Origin: Catajapyx aquilonaris
Taxonomy: Eukaryota
Direction of reading: 5' to 3'
DNA: 30,301 nt
NCBI GenBank assembly: GCA_000934665.2
Contig: JYFJ02001210.1
Span: forward strand, 62,001 to 92,301
Positions 1 to 11,541 of this stretch are shown piece after piece (position 1 is the stretch's first letter; each line of letters opens with the position of its first letter). Under the pieces are notes generated by a model that saw only the letters and a program-made list of their open reading frames with translations, searched no databases and was not told where the DNA came from. The position numbers were made by a program, and so were the translations under genes.

Positions 1-340
1 ATTGTTTAGCATCATTTGCTCATTGAATATTTCAAAAGCTGAACATCGCTTTCCGCCCAGTACAATGCTGCATTGGGAGCTCATCAATAATTAATGAGAC
101 ATAAATATTTCAGCTAATTCTCGCTCTGCATAGGCTGCATGAAGCGTAATTAATTGGTATATAATTCACTTTCAGGGACAGCGCTTTAAAAGTATGTCAG
201 AGAGCTCCTCGTTCCTAAATTTTGCATAATTTTATCGGAGTTTCTGATTGACCGACGTGTTCCATACGAAGCTGAATACACAATAGGACTCGACCCAATG
301 CCTTTTGCTTCTTTTTTTTAAATATTTTATTTCAATGCAG

Positions 341-3300
341 CTTGGCTCCACTGAGCGCTTACGAAGGAGAAGACATCCAGATAGTCCTGCCTGGAGACAT
401 GACAGTGCACGACATCGGCCACCTGTGCCTGTGGTGTGTGGACTACCGACAAAACTTCGGTCACGTAATCATACCTCCGAACCTCGACGTCCCTCCTGCA
501 CTGGGACAGACCAAAATCACTGTGAGTGAAGAAGAGGACGATGATTAACTATTTCCATGTAGTGTCTTACATTTATGTTAGCAACAAACAAAAATGTCGT
601 TCTAAACTTACAGTTTAGACATTTGATGCCAGTATAATCGAGCTACCTGTACTTTTTACAGGCACACTGCCTTTATTTTTCATGTACAAGTATTTGCCAT
701 AACAATTATTGTTGACTGGTTGGGGTTATTTATTTGTGGTTATGCTGCCCAGCTAGTAATTGTAGTAGTTGCTACAATGCTTCGTTATTAATTTATCACT
801 GTCCAAATGACTCCAATAAATATACGATATGCACAAGAGGTCATTGTCCCAACTTTCCAAGGGAGGATTTTAAAAACAGGGCAGGAATTATCCACAATAA
901 TGTGACCCACAATAATGACGCCGTTAATGAAGAGATCACTTAATGTGGCACAAATTCGGAACCGATACCACAAAAATAATGAGCCCGAACGACCGACACA
1001 AAATTTAATTGGAGTAACTCGCTCGTTGTCACTGATTAATCCGCTTTGATTCGCGGTACTTAAATCATGAGTGGCCATTTAGAGAGCCATATTCAAGTTG
1101 ACTCCGTGGGAAACTATATGAGTACTTTACTGCAATTGGAACTATGCCATGAATCAGATCTTTTTCTACTCACAAAACAGTTCCCCCTATACGTATTATC
1201 CACCCCCATTTTTATATAAATTAACAAACATGCACCTTTAAAAAATCATGCACAAAATTTAACACACGTCCAGCTTAATTTCTGGCTTTCAAAACGCACC
1301 TTGATGGTTATGAATATTAAAATTGCACTTCAATTAGTGTAAAACTATTTTGTGGTTCATCCAGTCGATGCAATTGGAAGGACCCATTTTATGTAAACTG
1401 AATTAACTATCATTACACAGCCATTTCGTGCCAAATATTTGTGCAATATTAATGTAGAAGGCTAGATCTAGCTGCCAGGGTAAGCTGGACAAGCTCATTG
1501 CACCCTCATGCACAGTAAATGCAAGAACAGTGTACTGCACATCTCTATTCATAGGTGCAGTGCATTAACAGAAGCTGGACTTTTATCGACCCCCCAAAAA
1601 ATAATTTTCATACAAATTGTAACAACAGTTTGTTCGTTGTGAGCGGTCTTTCCCTCGACGCTCTAGGTTGACAAATCCTCTTTGTTTTGCATGTCTTACC
1701 TTGACATCTTAGCCTTCGTGGTGGTACAACCCTGTAAGTATTCACAGAAACTTGTGCTTGACGATTTTGACGCTGAAGATACGTCTCTTTTAGCCATTTT
1801 TGTTTGTCATGCATTACTTTTCACACGCACTGCCTTTTGGTTTTTGGGTGTTGGTAGCTAACCACAATATATATTTATACCGAGGGGGAAAATGGTGGAA
1901 AATTAAGATTGGTGCTGGCAACACGTTTGTTGGGCTATGTAGTCAGCTTTGTCAACAACGCTGTAGTTTGCATGGCGGGGTGATGGGTGATAATTAGCCC
2001 TCTCCAGAACACGGCACTATAATTATGCACTAGTCATAATCGCCTGTAAACCTATAACATAATATCAGGCTACCCAAACGGATCAAGAGACCAGCGTAAA
2101 ATCATCCGTAATTACCTCAAATTGGCAGTTCACATGCGACAAAACTAAAACAAAGAGTTGATTTAGAAAAAAAAAAGAAAACCGTGTCTGACAGGGTTGA
2201 TATCTCCCCACAAATGTTTTCCTTTTGTCTTGTCTCTGGGGGGGATGATTGTGGTTTTTCGCACTAATCCGTGTGTCTCTTTCCCTGTCCCCTGTTTGAC
2301 GCGTGCCGACAGATTCCGCCCTTTTTGTCTTGCTAATCTCTTGTTCTCTTCACCCCTGACTAGACCACAGTGAAGCCAACAAAGGAAAGCAGCGGGTACA
2401 GCAACTGCCGGGAACTGATCAGCGACAAATCGGGAAGGAAGATGCAAGTGATGTGGGAAATGGAAGACAACGGGATGCTGCGGATCGCTCTGTCAGGAAG
2501 GATGAAAGAAAACCAATACATGGCTTTCGGGCCATCTGCCAAACAAGGAAGGTAAAAAATAACGATTCCTCACTACTTTTGTTCACACCTGGCAGGACAC
2601 GGTGACACTTCTTGTCCCTTGCGTCAATATTCTTGCAACGCATATGTCACAAGATCAAACATAATTATCTGGAATGTTAGTATCTACAGTGTGCAATCCC
2701 TTCCAGCTCTGAAATGGTTGGATCCTCTGTGACTGTTGCCTTTTACAACCAAGACTATGACATTGCGACGGTGCAGGATTATTTCATGGACTCCAAGGCC
2801 CAGTGCGACGGAACCAACGGGGTATGTCCGTCGCCCAACAACGACGCGAAGGTCGTGAAGCACTCAAGGTACAACGGAGTGACCACTGTCGAGTTCAGGA
2901 GGCCCATGTGGCCCAACTACTCCAGCATCAGCACCATCATCGCAGCTGTGGGGACTCTCAACAGCAGGAAGCAGCCCAACTACCACTATTCTCTCCGCAC
3001 AGCCAGAGACGGTTAGTTGGTTTAGTTTTTAAAAAATTAACTGGCCAGACCACCCATACTTATTCAAGAAAAAATACATAGTAATAAGATGGCTTTGACA
3101 GTGAACTCACATTACCACAAGGAAAATATGTTTCTACTGTACTACTGCAATAATAATACTACCCGTCCGTAATTCATAAGTGAATCATACTGATCAGACT
3201 TTTCCATCATGTCGAGCGCGGAATATCAAACAGTGTGAAAACAGACTATCAATATATTGTGCAATTTTGTGAAGTTTTATATGACCACAAGCGCCTCTGA

Positions 3301-6233
3301 AAGGGGCAGAAACACGGTCTGCATTTTAATTTATTAATGCCAGCGGGGAGACGGAGTGGCGCCGCGGTAACGCGCGCGCCCACGGAAGTTAAGGTCCCGG
3401 GTTCAATCCCCACCCGGGGTTCCCACCTTCTTTCGTGCAGAGTTGGGCCATCTCTGGCTTCGTTTCGGGTGGCAATTTCCGACAGACTAAGCCACCCGGG
3501 GGAGTTCACAAAATGACGATTAGAGACATTGCACTTGCACTTTGCACATCCCCTCCCACCCACCCTTGGAGTACACTAATAAGATTCTATCTTAACTCGC
3601 TCCAACGAAAACCCCAATGGTGGTAATCCACCCCCCCTAAGGAGTACGTAACTCCCCCCGTGGGGTAATGCAAAAAAAAAAAAAAAAAATTAATGCCAGA
3701 AGGATAATATGCACTTCCCTATATCAACTTGATATCCACTGTTTTAAAATTACAGTCAAATCATTCATGCTGGCTACCTAGTCTCAGGAGAAAATCCAAA
3801 ATATCACAAAATGCATCTATACGTAAAGCACGCAACCATCATTGAATATTCAATTGCACTTTAAAATGAATTCATATCACGCGATGTTAGAGCAGGGCAT
3901 AACTTATATCGGTCTGACCTAGAAATAAATAAAATAGGCATGTAAATATGATCAGTCTATGCTCTGTACTGTCTGTACTCTGTATAATATTGCAGTGGAA
4001 GTGTGGTCGTTACTTCTTGTAACCCTCAGTGGGACAGGCTGTAACTTGTAACGATAACTGCCATGGCAACGTGCAAACTTTTTTGGAGTGGCACGATTTT
4101 TGCCTGTTTTCATAGCGCGGTTTGTGGCAAAGGTTAAGTTCTACAATATAATAGCCCAATAAAACCGAAACTTTAAAATCCGGAATTTTGCCAGTACACA
4201 GTCGGTATAAGAGAAAAATTAGATGCACTTTTCATCTACCCATACCAGCCCTTTTCATTCTCCTATAAAAATCACTAATTCTAACTTCTGGTAAAATGCC
4301 AAGTGAGGCTTACTTTAGCGAAATCCTGGGCAAAGCTTCATGTTGAGTGTCCTCATTTCCAGCCAATGTGGTAATAGACTTCAGGGCGCAGAACGACGAC
4401 ACTTGCGTGGGTTCCCTGGAGCAGGACGTTCGTCCAGAAGAGGAACTTCGTCCTTGGCCACCGGCCATCGTCGACGGCGAGACGACAATCCGAGCCGTCA
4501 TCGGACCCACCGGCGGAAAGAGGGGCTACTCGGTCATCACAGGTCAACCGTCCTGGGGCATCTGCTGGTTCATGAACGACCTACTCATTCCGGAAATATA
4601 CGTGGAAAGAGGGAAGACGTACACCTTTATCGTAGAAGGAGGTATGTCTCGCGATGCAGGAAGAACTAGCTTTCCTGGACAGGTCATAAGGGTTTATTCG
4701 CAATGGTGTCGTCGTTGTTTTTGGAAAGCCCCAATCACCAACCGAAATAAAAAGACTACTGTACCAGTATGCAGTGACAAACTTAATCAGAGTTATTCAC
4801 ACAAACCGTCTCTATACAAGTACGAGTAGTTTCTAAACTTCATCAAAGACAGAAGAGCAGCATAAAGCATATTGGGTACGCGAATGTAGCTGGCTATCTT
4901 CATCGCCGAGGAACATTCTAACGTCACCTATGTGAATGACCCTATTATGCACAGAATTTAGACCAGAGTCCTTCTGCTCTGAGTTGTCTGGGAAGATGTC
5001 CAGGAAAGCCTGCTATCGGCTCTTGACTTGAGTGCATATTCGGAGGGAATCTGCACGCTGGAGAGGCAGAGTAACCTTCTGACACTTGTTGCCTCGCCAT
5101 GCAGCTCGAAACTTTGCACTAAACCCGCATGATGATGTTTCAGGCAACGACCCGACTAATCCGGCTCGTTATCATCCCCTGTACATTACGGACAGCCCAG
5201 AAGGAGGGTTTGGGCAGAAGAGCGAAATCGAGCAGAGGAAGCAGAAGGTGTACGCAGGGGTCACCTACGACGCCGAAGGATACCCGTCACCCAGTGCTGG
5301 TAAGGTCGCTTGTTACTTACATTCGAGGAAAATACATTTGCAGCTGCGTTGCCCACATAAATTTTTAAAAATGATAAGATTAGGATGGGCACAACCGTTT
5401 CATCCCAGTTGGACGAAGAGTTTTGACACGAATTATGTCATGTCTTATAATGCAGCTGGACGGTACTGCGAATGGGAGCACCAGACCATCGACAAGTCAG
5501 CGCAGTCGGAAACGTTCGAAGATTACTTCAAGACACTGAGATTAGTGTGTCAGGACGGAAGCCCTGCTTACATGAACTGGACTGTTCCATTGGACGCCCC
5601 CAAGCTGTTGTACTATCAGGTAAGGTCAAAGTGTAGATTGTAGAAAATACAGTGCTTAATAATAAGTATAATAATTCAGGAAGACTTTTAGCTATGGAAG
5701 TTGAGTTTATGTAAAGATGCCACTTAGCCTCTAATTGATGAGATTTGCATTAATCTAGACATCTACTGTCGTGGGCACAGCCCAGGACACTTCCATCGGC
5801 TACCTGCTGCCTAATGAGATCACAGTCTAAAGTGAAACTCTTCGATATCATCTCCGTGAGAAAGGCAATGTAGCTTGGAGGGACGCATACTTGCCAGGAT
5901 ATTTCATCCATTGCGCTTTAATGCTCATTATCTCAGTAACGAGGCTTCTCAGACCAAATGACACCTCTGCATAAAGTGATCCTTTTTTGCCTCAGGACTT
6001 TACCTATGAGGATTTGTGTGAATTTTTCCTGCATGTGACACGACTGATGCCCTGCTTTATATGCCCGGTTTCAGTGCTACACCCACAGTAACCTGGGTTG
6101 GAAAATCCACGTTGTGGATCCGGGTTTCCGTCCTAGAAGAGACGGCTTGGCGGGTGACTCGGCCAGCGGTCTGACCTCGATGACCCCGCTCATCTCGACC
6201 CTTATCATCCTCGGCCTCGTTTTGCTCAGGTAA
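341..6233 (+). CDS. Knk2: Knickkopf-family protein, Knk2/CG12492-like (end of second DM13, DOMON, C-terminal domain, hydrophobic GPI-like tail); 5' exons lie upstream of the window. Exons: 341-521, 1713-1733 (microexon), 2364-2551, 2707-3011, 4363-4641, 5144-5299, 5456-5619, 6075-6233
   Basis: All junctions are GT-AG and frame-consistent. Peptide motifs LAPLSAYEGEDIQIVLPG...WCVDYRQNFGHVIIPPNLDVPPALGQTKIT, YMAFG, GQPSWGICWFMNDLLIPEIYVERGKTYTFIVEGGNDPTNPARYHPLYITD, AGRYCEW and YYQCYTHSNLGWKIHVVD are typical of the Knk/Skeletor family. The protein ends in hydrophobic LISTLIILGLVLLR*. Family is secure; the Knk2 paralog assignment is from recalled sequence. Confidence 0.88.
1713..1733 (+). CDS. 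21-nt symmetric (phase 0-0) microexon of the Knk2-like gene encoding PSWWYNP
   Basis: Pyrimidine-rich acceptor ...ttaccttgacatcttAG, then CCTTCGTGGTGGTACAACCCT, then a strong GTAAGTA donor. It is in frame between ...GQTKIT and TTVKPT... Confidence 0.75.
3345..3688 (+). mobile_element. tRNA-derived SINE, family A, copy 1 (in a Knk2 intron)
   Basis: A-box-like TGGCGCCGCGG, B-box GGTTCAATCC, poly(A) tail, and an 11-bp target-site duplication ATTAATGCCAG (3333-3343 / 3689-3699). A near-identical copy lies at 27448. Confidence 0.92.
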
Positions 6234-6264
6234 GGTCTACGGAATGGAATGGACGACGTGAAAG

Positions 6265-6282
6265 CAGCAGCAGCAGCAGCAG
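6265..6282 (+). repeat. (CAG)6 microsatellite just downstream of the Knk2 stop codon
   Basis: Directly visible. Confidence 0.85.
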
Positions 6283-7279
6283 AAAAGGACGGAGGATGAA
6301 GATGGAGTTTGGAATTTGTACGACGAATCTCAAGTGCATACCAAGACAGCGAAGAGGACAGTTGGGCTACGTTTTTTGCATTGGTTGGGTTGGCGACGAT
6401 GAAGCGTTTGCTGATGGGGAGAAAATAAGGGACAAAAGAGAGGTTGTGTGGAGAAAATCATGCCAGTTTGTTGCCTACAACGGACACTTTCCAGATTTAC
6501 GTTATATTTTGGTCTATTTTACTTTTAATGCAGGACTGGTCTTTTCGCCCCGTTTTGGTGGAGTAAGTGGGCCTTGGTCCATTGTGCCTGTTCCTCCGAA
6601 TGGCGGTAGGGTTTAATCACACATCATACATACTCACACGAACCCAGTTCGGGCTCTTTTGATTTTAACCTTCCTCGATAATTTTTGTTTCGTTAAAAAA
6701 GAAAAAAAATCACCGGTTTATACTCCCTCGTGTTCCAATTCAACATATCAGACTTCTTTCCTTATGTTCCGGAAATCACGGCGCCGACGGCATGGTTGTG
6801 AGCTATGACGCGTGTGCACTTTGCACCTAATTACAGGTGTGATCGGGGATGAAAATGTACACGATTTGTTTATAGGGCATTTCAATTCCTTCCACGAAGG
6901 GAAGTTGGATGCGTTTTTCGACAGAACGCCCTCCGTTCCAGTAGGTACACCTGTGCATGCAACTTCTGTTCATACCTGTACAGTTTGAAGATTTTTAAAA
7001 AATGCGACGAATAAGTAAGCACAAGTCTGCTCAAACTCAGAGAGTTGACAATAAGTAATTTTTGTACGACAGTGCTTTCCTTTAGGTCTTATTTTGTCCT
7101 CATAGAAATCAGACGTTAGTTACCTCATCATTTGACGTGACGCCAATGTTCCTGTGTTGTAATGGAGAGAAAAAAACAACAAGTAACCCAAGTCTATTTC
7201 TTTACGGTCCTATACGATGTGTGCTTTATATAGTTTAACAAGTAATTTATGTACAGTAGTAGGTCAAAGACCACAACGG

Positions 7280-7775
7280 CAGGGATTAACGAACGAATTA
7301 CTGTTCCTCTTCCGATCTCCAATCACCTCCAGTTAATGTGACATATTTTAATAATTATTAGGCAAAATGACTCATATTATATGGAATCATTTATAATCAG
7401 AAAACTTACTCGTATAAGCACAAGGCCGTCGTTTTGTGCCCGTTAGAGGTCATCAAAACTCTTACGACGTATAGTATTTGTCGGCATGAACATAATAACG
7501 CATCATGACGAACATGTGCGACAGTGATGTTCAGTATTTATGATTAAAGTTTGAGAATTAAAGTAGCATTAGTTATGTCCTAAATATATTTTGTTGGTCT
7601 TTAAATGTTTGCAGCAAACTAATGGTGCTAGTAATTCTGCGAGTGATGTTTATTATTATTCATAATATTATTGAGCAGGTGATAATGACGCGGTGTGAGG
7701 CACTTGTTCAAAAGCAAGGTACAAAACGATTGATTAATAAATGATATAGCCAAACGTTCAAGTCGTTAATCCCTG
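7280..7775. mobile_element. Putative non-autonomous DNA transposon (MITE) with hAT-like CAGGG termini
   Basis: Perfect 13-bp inverted repeat CAGGGATTAACGA (7280-7292) / TCGTTAATCCCTG (7763-7775) around an AT-rich non-coding interior. No matching TSD seen. Confidence 0.45.
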
Positions 7776-10700
7776 GCCAGCATCAACAGATGCCCTATTG
7801 TTTTAGGTGGTCATCCAATGGTGTATTAATAGCGTTGTTTTGCGGCGACTATTTGGCGGAAGAAAATGGATAATATTCTAGACTTACTACAACACCACTA
7901 TCTACGCTATCATTTCAAGCTTTATCCTTCATGTTATGCCTTTTTATAAATGTAAGTGTTTCAAAGAAGCAATCTGAATGGTGAAAAAATGACCCGCAGA
8001 TCAATAATGTCAAGTGTCTGGCCTTCAGTTTGTTTATGCATTGAACGTATGACAATAATGAATATAACTTACACCTGTAAATCAGGCCAACTGATGATGT
8101 ACCAAAGTAGGTAATAGTGTTCCAGAGACACGATTGACAATAAATAACTGGTAGTAAAAATAACAATAATAATAAAACACTAACACTAACACACACACGT
8201 ACACAAAGTATCGTCGAACTTGAAACATGACAATAAAATATACCTTTCTGGTGAGCTTGGTTGATGGGAACCAGGTTATATCCGAGCAAGACTGAGACGT
8301 TCTTGCTTTTTTCGAAGAAAAGATTTATACTGTAAACGTATGCCCTGTTGTGAGAGTGATTGTCAGATGATGAGGCAGAGTGCAATTTGTCCCCCAATAT
8401 AGGATTATTTTATTCCTTTTGGGGGATTTTTAAAAAGGAGGAATGAACTACTTCCGCTTAGTGTTTGACTAGGAAGTGTAATTATGGAGCTAATTTTAAT
8501 AAGTAAGGCCACATAGAGCATTGAATGTCCAAATATGTTCATAGCCCATTCTTGTGGACAATAAGGTTTGAAGAAAAAAAGTATAATTATTTTAATTGTT
8601 CTGACTGTGTCCGTAGATATTACCGAAATCTGTGCCACTACTCCATATCAGTTGCCAACCGTTTTTATTCTTAACCGTTTTAAACCCACAACTACGTAGA
8701 ATTTCCAGTGCTATACAATGACCTATAATAACTGTTGGAGTACGTTTTGTCTCTAAAAAAGTATTCACAAAAAAATATGAATTTCTTCCTGGTAATGTAC
8801 GACAATAATATTGAACTGAACTACGAAGACAATATTTGACGACAATAATAATTTTAGGGTAAGTTTCCACCTCTACTGCATTGTGCTTACGGATTATTGC
8901 TGTCACACAAGTGTTGTTTTCAACACTTGTGTCATATCCATGTCCTGATGAGAGATCCTTTTGTTGCACAATAATTTTACTGGAAGTTGGATGTTACTGA
9001 AAGATTTTATATGATGCTGCTGAAAGTTACAAATAAATTTTCGTATAAAATGAACGCATTAAGCTTTTCAGTGATTCCTTCCCTTGTACATATCACACAA
9101 CTACATGCTACAATATTGCTTACGTTTAACCAGTGCAGACAGACCATTTCCGGGAGTTCGTTTCAAGATATTCGGAGATGACAGGAAGAGGCTGTGACCA
9201 CCCTTGAAATGAAGACATCATGGAATATCGGAGAAAACGTCCGAAAACATGATGGCCCGCATTTGGTATACGACCTTGTGTTTATAGCGTGATGTCCGTG
9301 AAGTTCGTCACGCTAATTTTTGCGTTTTTTTGCCCCACATCTCGTACTTAACGGACGACCCCTTTCATACGATATATTCAGCAATAATTATTGTCATTAC
9401 CTTCCGAAATATTTTGAAATCCTTGCTATAAATCAATGTACAGTACCCGAGGTATCTTTCTATTCAAGAGAAAAATATGACACCAGCACTGCCTCAGGTA
9501 TAAAGCATTGTTATTGGAATGATGGCATTGTTATTTTGCAACGATCATCAGACACAGCATTCCATATCATCCTGAGTTGCCGTCCCATCATATCTTGTTA
9601 CCGTCATGGAACCCTTTTGGAGTGTCACTTGCATATTCATTGGATTACACAATGAATCACACGATAGGGTAGTATTGTTTCTTGGTATTTTCGACTCACC
9701 TTGTCCTGCCCATGATGATGACAGGAGGACGAAAATATGCAGGGAACATCACGGCAAGGTGGGCTCAACTTTAGTGTTCTCATCTCGATCGAGACCGTTT
9801 GAGTAACGTATACAGTCATGTAGCTCTTGCCCGTTTCAGCCTAATGTCAGAGATCATTTCCTATCCCTCAGTGAAAATCACACGAATAAGGGCAATTAAG
9901 AGTCGGGAGAATACCAATGAAGCCCTTCCAGGTTGGCAATCATTAAGGCAGAAATTTCAACCAATACAACAAACTTGCTTTTCAAGTCTTAAAAATACGG
10001 CTCAAACTAATACATGCTCATTATATAAATGTTCTTCGCATGAATCCATCCTGCGAAAAGTTCCTTCCAATGACAGCAGTCACTACTACTGTAATAACAT
10101 GAAAACTCGACTATTCTGCTGCTCGTGAGGAGAATCACATACCGTACCGTACATGGTAATCGAGAAAATAGACTACAAACATACCGATAGTATTTGTGCC
10201 TAAAACATTTCTGCTGTGTTTTCTTTCAGTCCCACAAGAAGTGCACCTCTGATTCCGGTAAGATACCGGCCGGTTTACTTCGTGACTATATCATCGAGGT
10301 TATTTATGTCGCACTCGATGCAACATGGGAAATGTACAAAGAAACCTGCCAACCTACTCACGAAGTTGCTTAACGACTATTTCCGCGTTGTTGTTTGTTT
10401 TCTTCTCTGATGGAAACATCCGCATGCAGCTACCGCTCTGAAGGATTTAACAATCTCGCATGACTCTACGCCAGTCACTCTTTATGAAAATCCGCATCTT
10501 GTCCATCTCTCTTGGCCTAGAAGCCGCTCACGCAATGCATGTTCGCAGGTGCAAATGCACTAGTTTGCCAGAAAATGGAGGAACCAGCAGCAGAATAAGG
10601 GCCAAAGTTCAAGGTAATTCAGAAACTGAGATAAAAGTACAATGCATCCATTCAGTAATCTGATCTTTATTGTAGGGATGGTCACTATACGATGTGGCTT

Positions 10701-11541
10701 ACATCGAGGACTGTTTTCAATAAGGAGGGGAGCCGAAAGGAATTTGCCAAAGTAGTTTTCCATAATTATGGTCCCCCAAAATAAACCGGACTCGAGTTCT
10801 TAATTGGCCAACTGGGCCATTCGTTTGTGAAAGGAAATGATTACTTCCTGATTGGCAAATGAACCGCAATGCTCGAGCCGAGTGCACCTGTAAATCGAGG
10901 AACATTCGCCCAAGGCCGCAAATTCTAAAAATAAAAGAACCCGATTTGTCCCGCAGCCTGCATAATGACCCAAAACTTGACAAACCAGCTCAACATATTG
11001 GCAGTAGCAGGCAGCAATAATTTTGAAGGGCGCCCATTTCGTCACACATCCTCCGATTCAAGTCGCTCAGGCAAGACTTCGGGAAAGTGCGCGAGAGAAA
11101 CTTCCAACCTTGCACCAGTCGGGATAATGACCTCCACTTGAGGCTCAAGGGGGTACGTACTAAGGTTGGTGCCCCGCCCCTCCGTGCACTTGCTCTCCCC
11201 CAAACCAAAACAATTTTTCCTCCACACTCCCCTAGCAAGTTGCTTGGGAGCCAACCGAGCCCAGAAATGCCCGAGGACACGTAGCGGAGTCTCTCTCTCC
11301 CCCACCTTTCTTTTTCTCTCTGTTCTTTTCTTTTGCCTCCCCCTCTCCTCCATCCATCCACTCTTGCTATGGCCTGCTGCCCACCTGACCTCAATCCCAC
11401 ACACTCCTTCCAGGTGAAGCAGTGCTGAGGAGGGAGGCCCAACTGCTGCTGCTGCATTGCTCAAATATTCTGGTGTTCGGGACAAGGACCGGCTGGGTTG
11501 TAGATGCAAGGGAAGACGGATGTACGGGGGTATCCGGAAGA

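Noticed and set aside
3249..3626. Duplicated ORFs MGGRGCAKCKC.../MQSWAISGFV... (also at 27350-27775)
   Set aside because: Incidental reading frames across the two SINE copies
9180..9260. TGAAGA...GAAAACGTCCGAAA, faintly resembling a Penelope-type hammerhead ribozyme
   Set aside because: No CUGANGA core with a paired stem II followed by GAAA
9287..9363. Harbinger-like terminus CGTACTTAACGGACGACCCCT with a nearby hairpin
   Set aside because: Only one end found; no partner TIR
7915..10663. Multiple 60-160 aa ORFs in the Knk2-knk intergenic region
   Set aside because: No motifs or splice-consistent structure; probably non-coding
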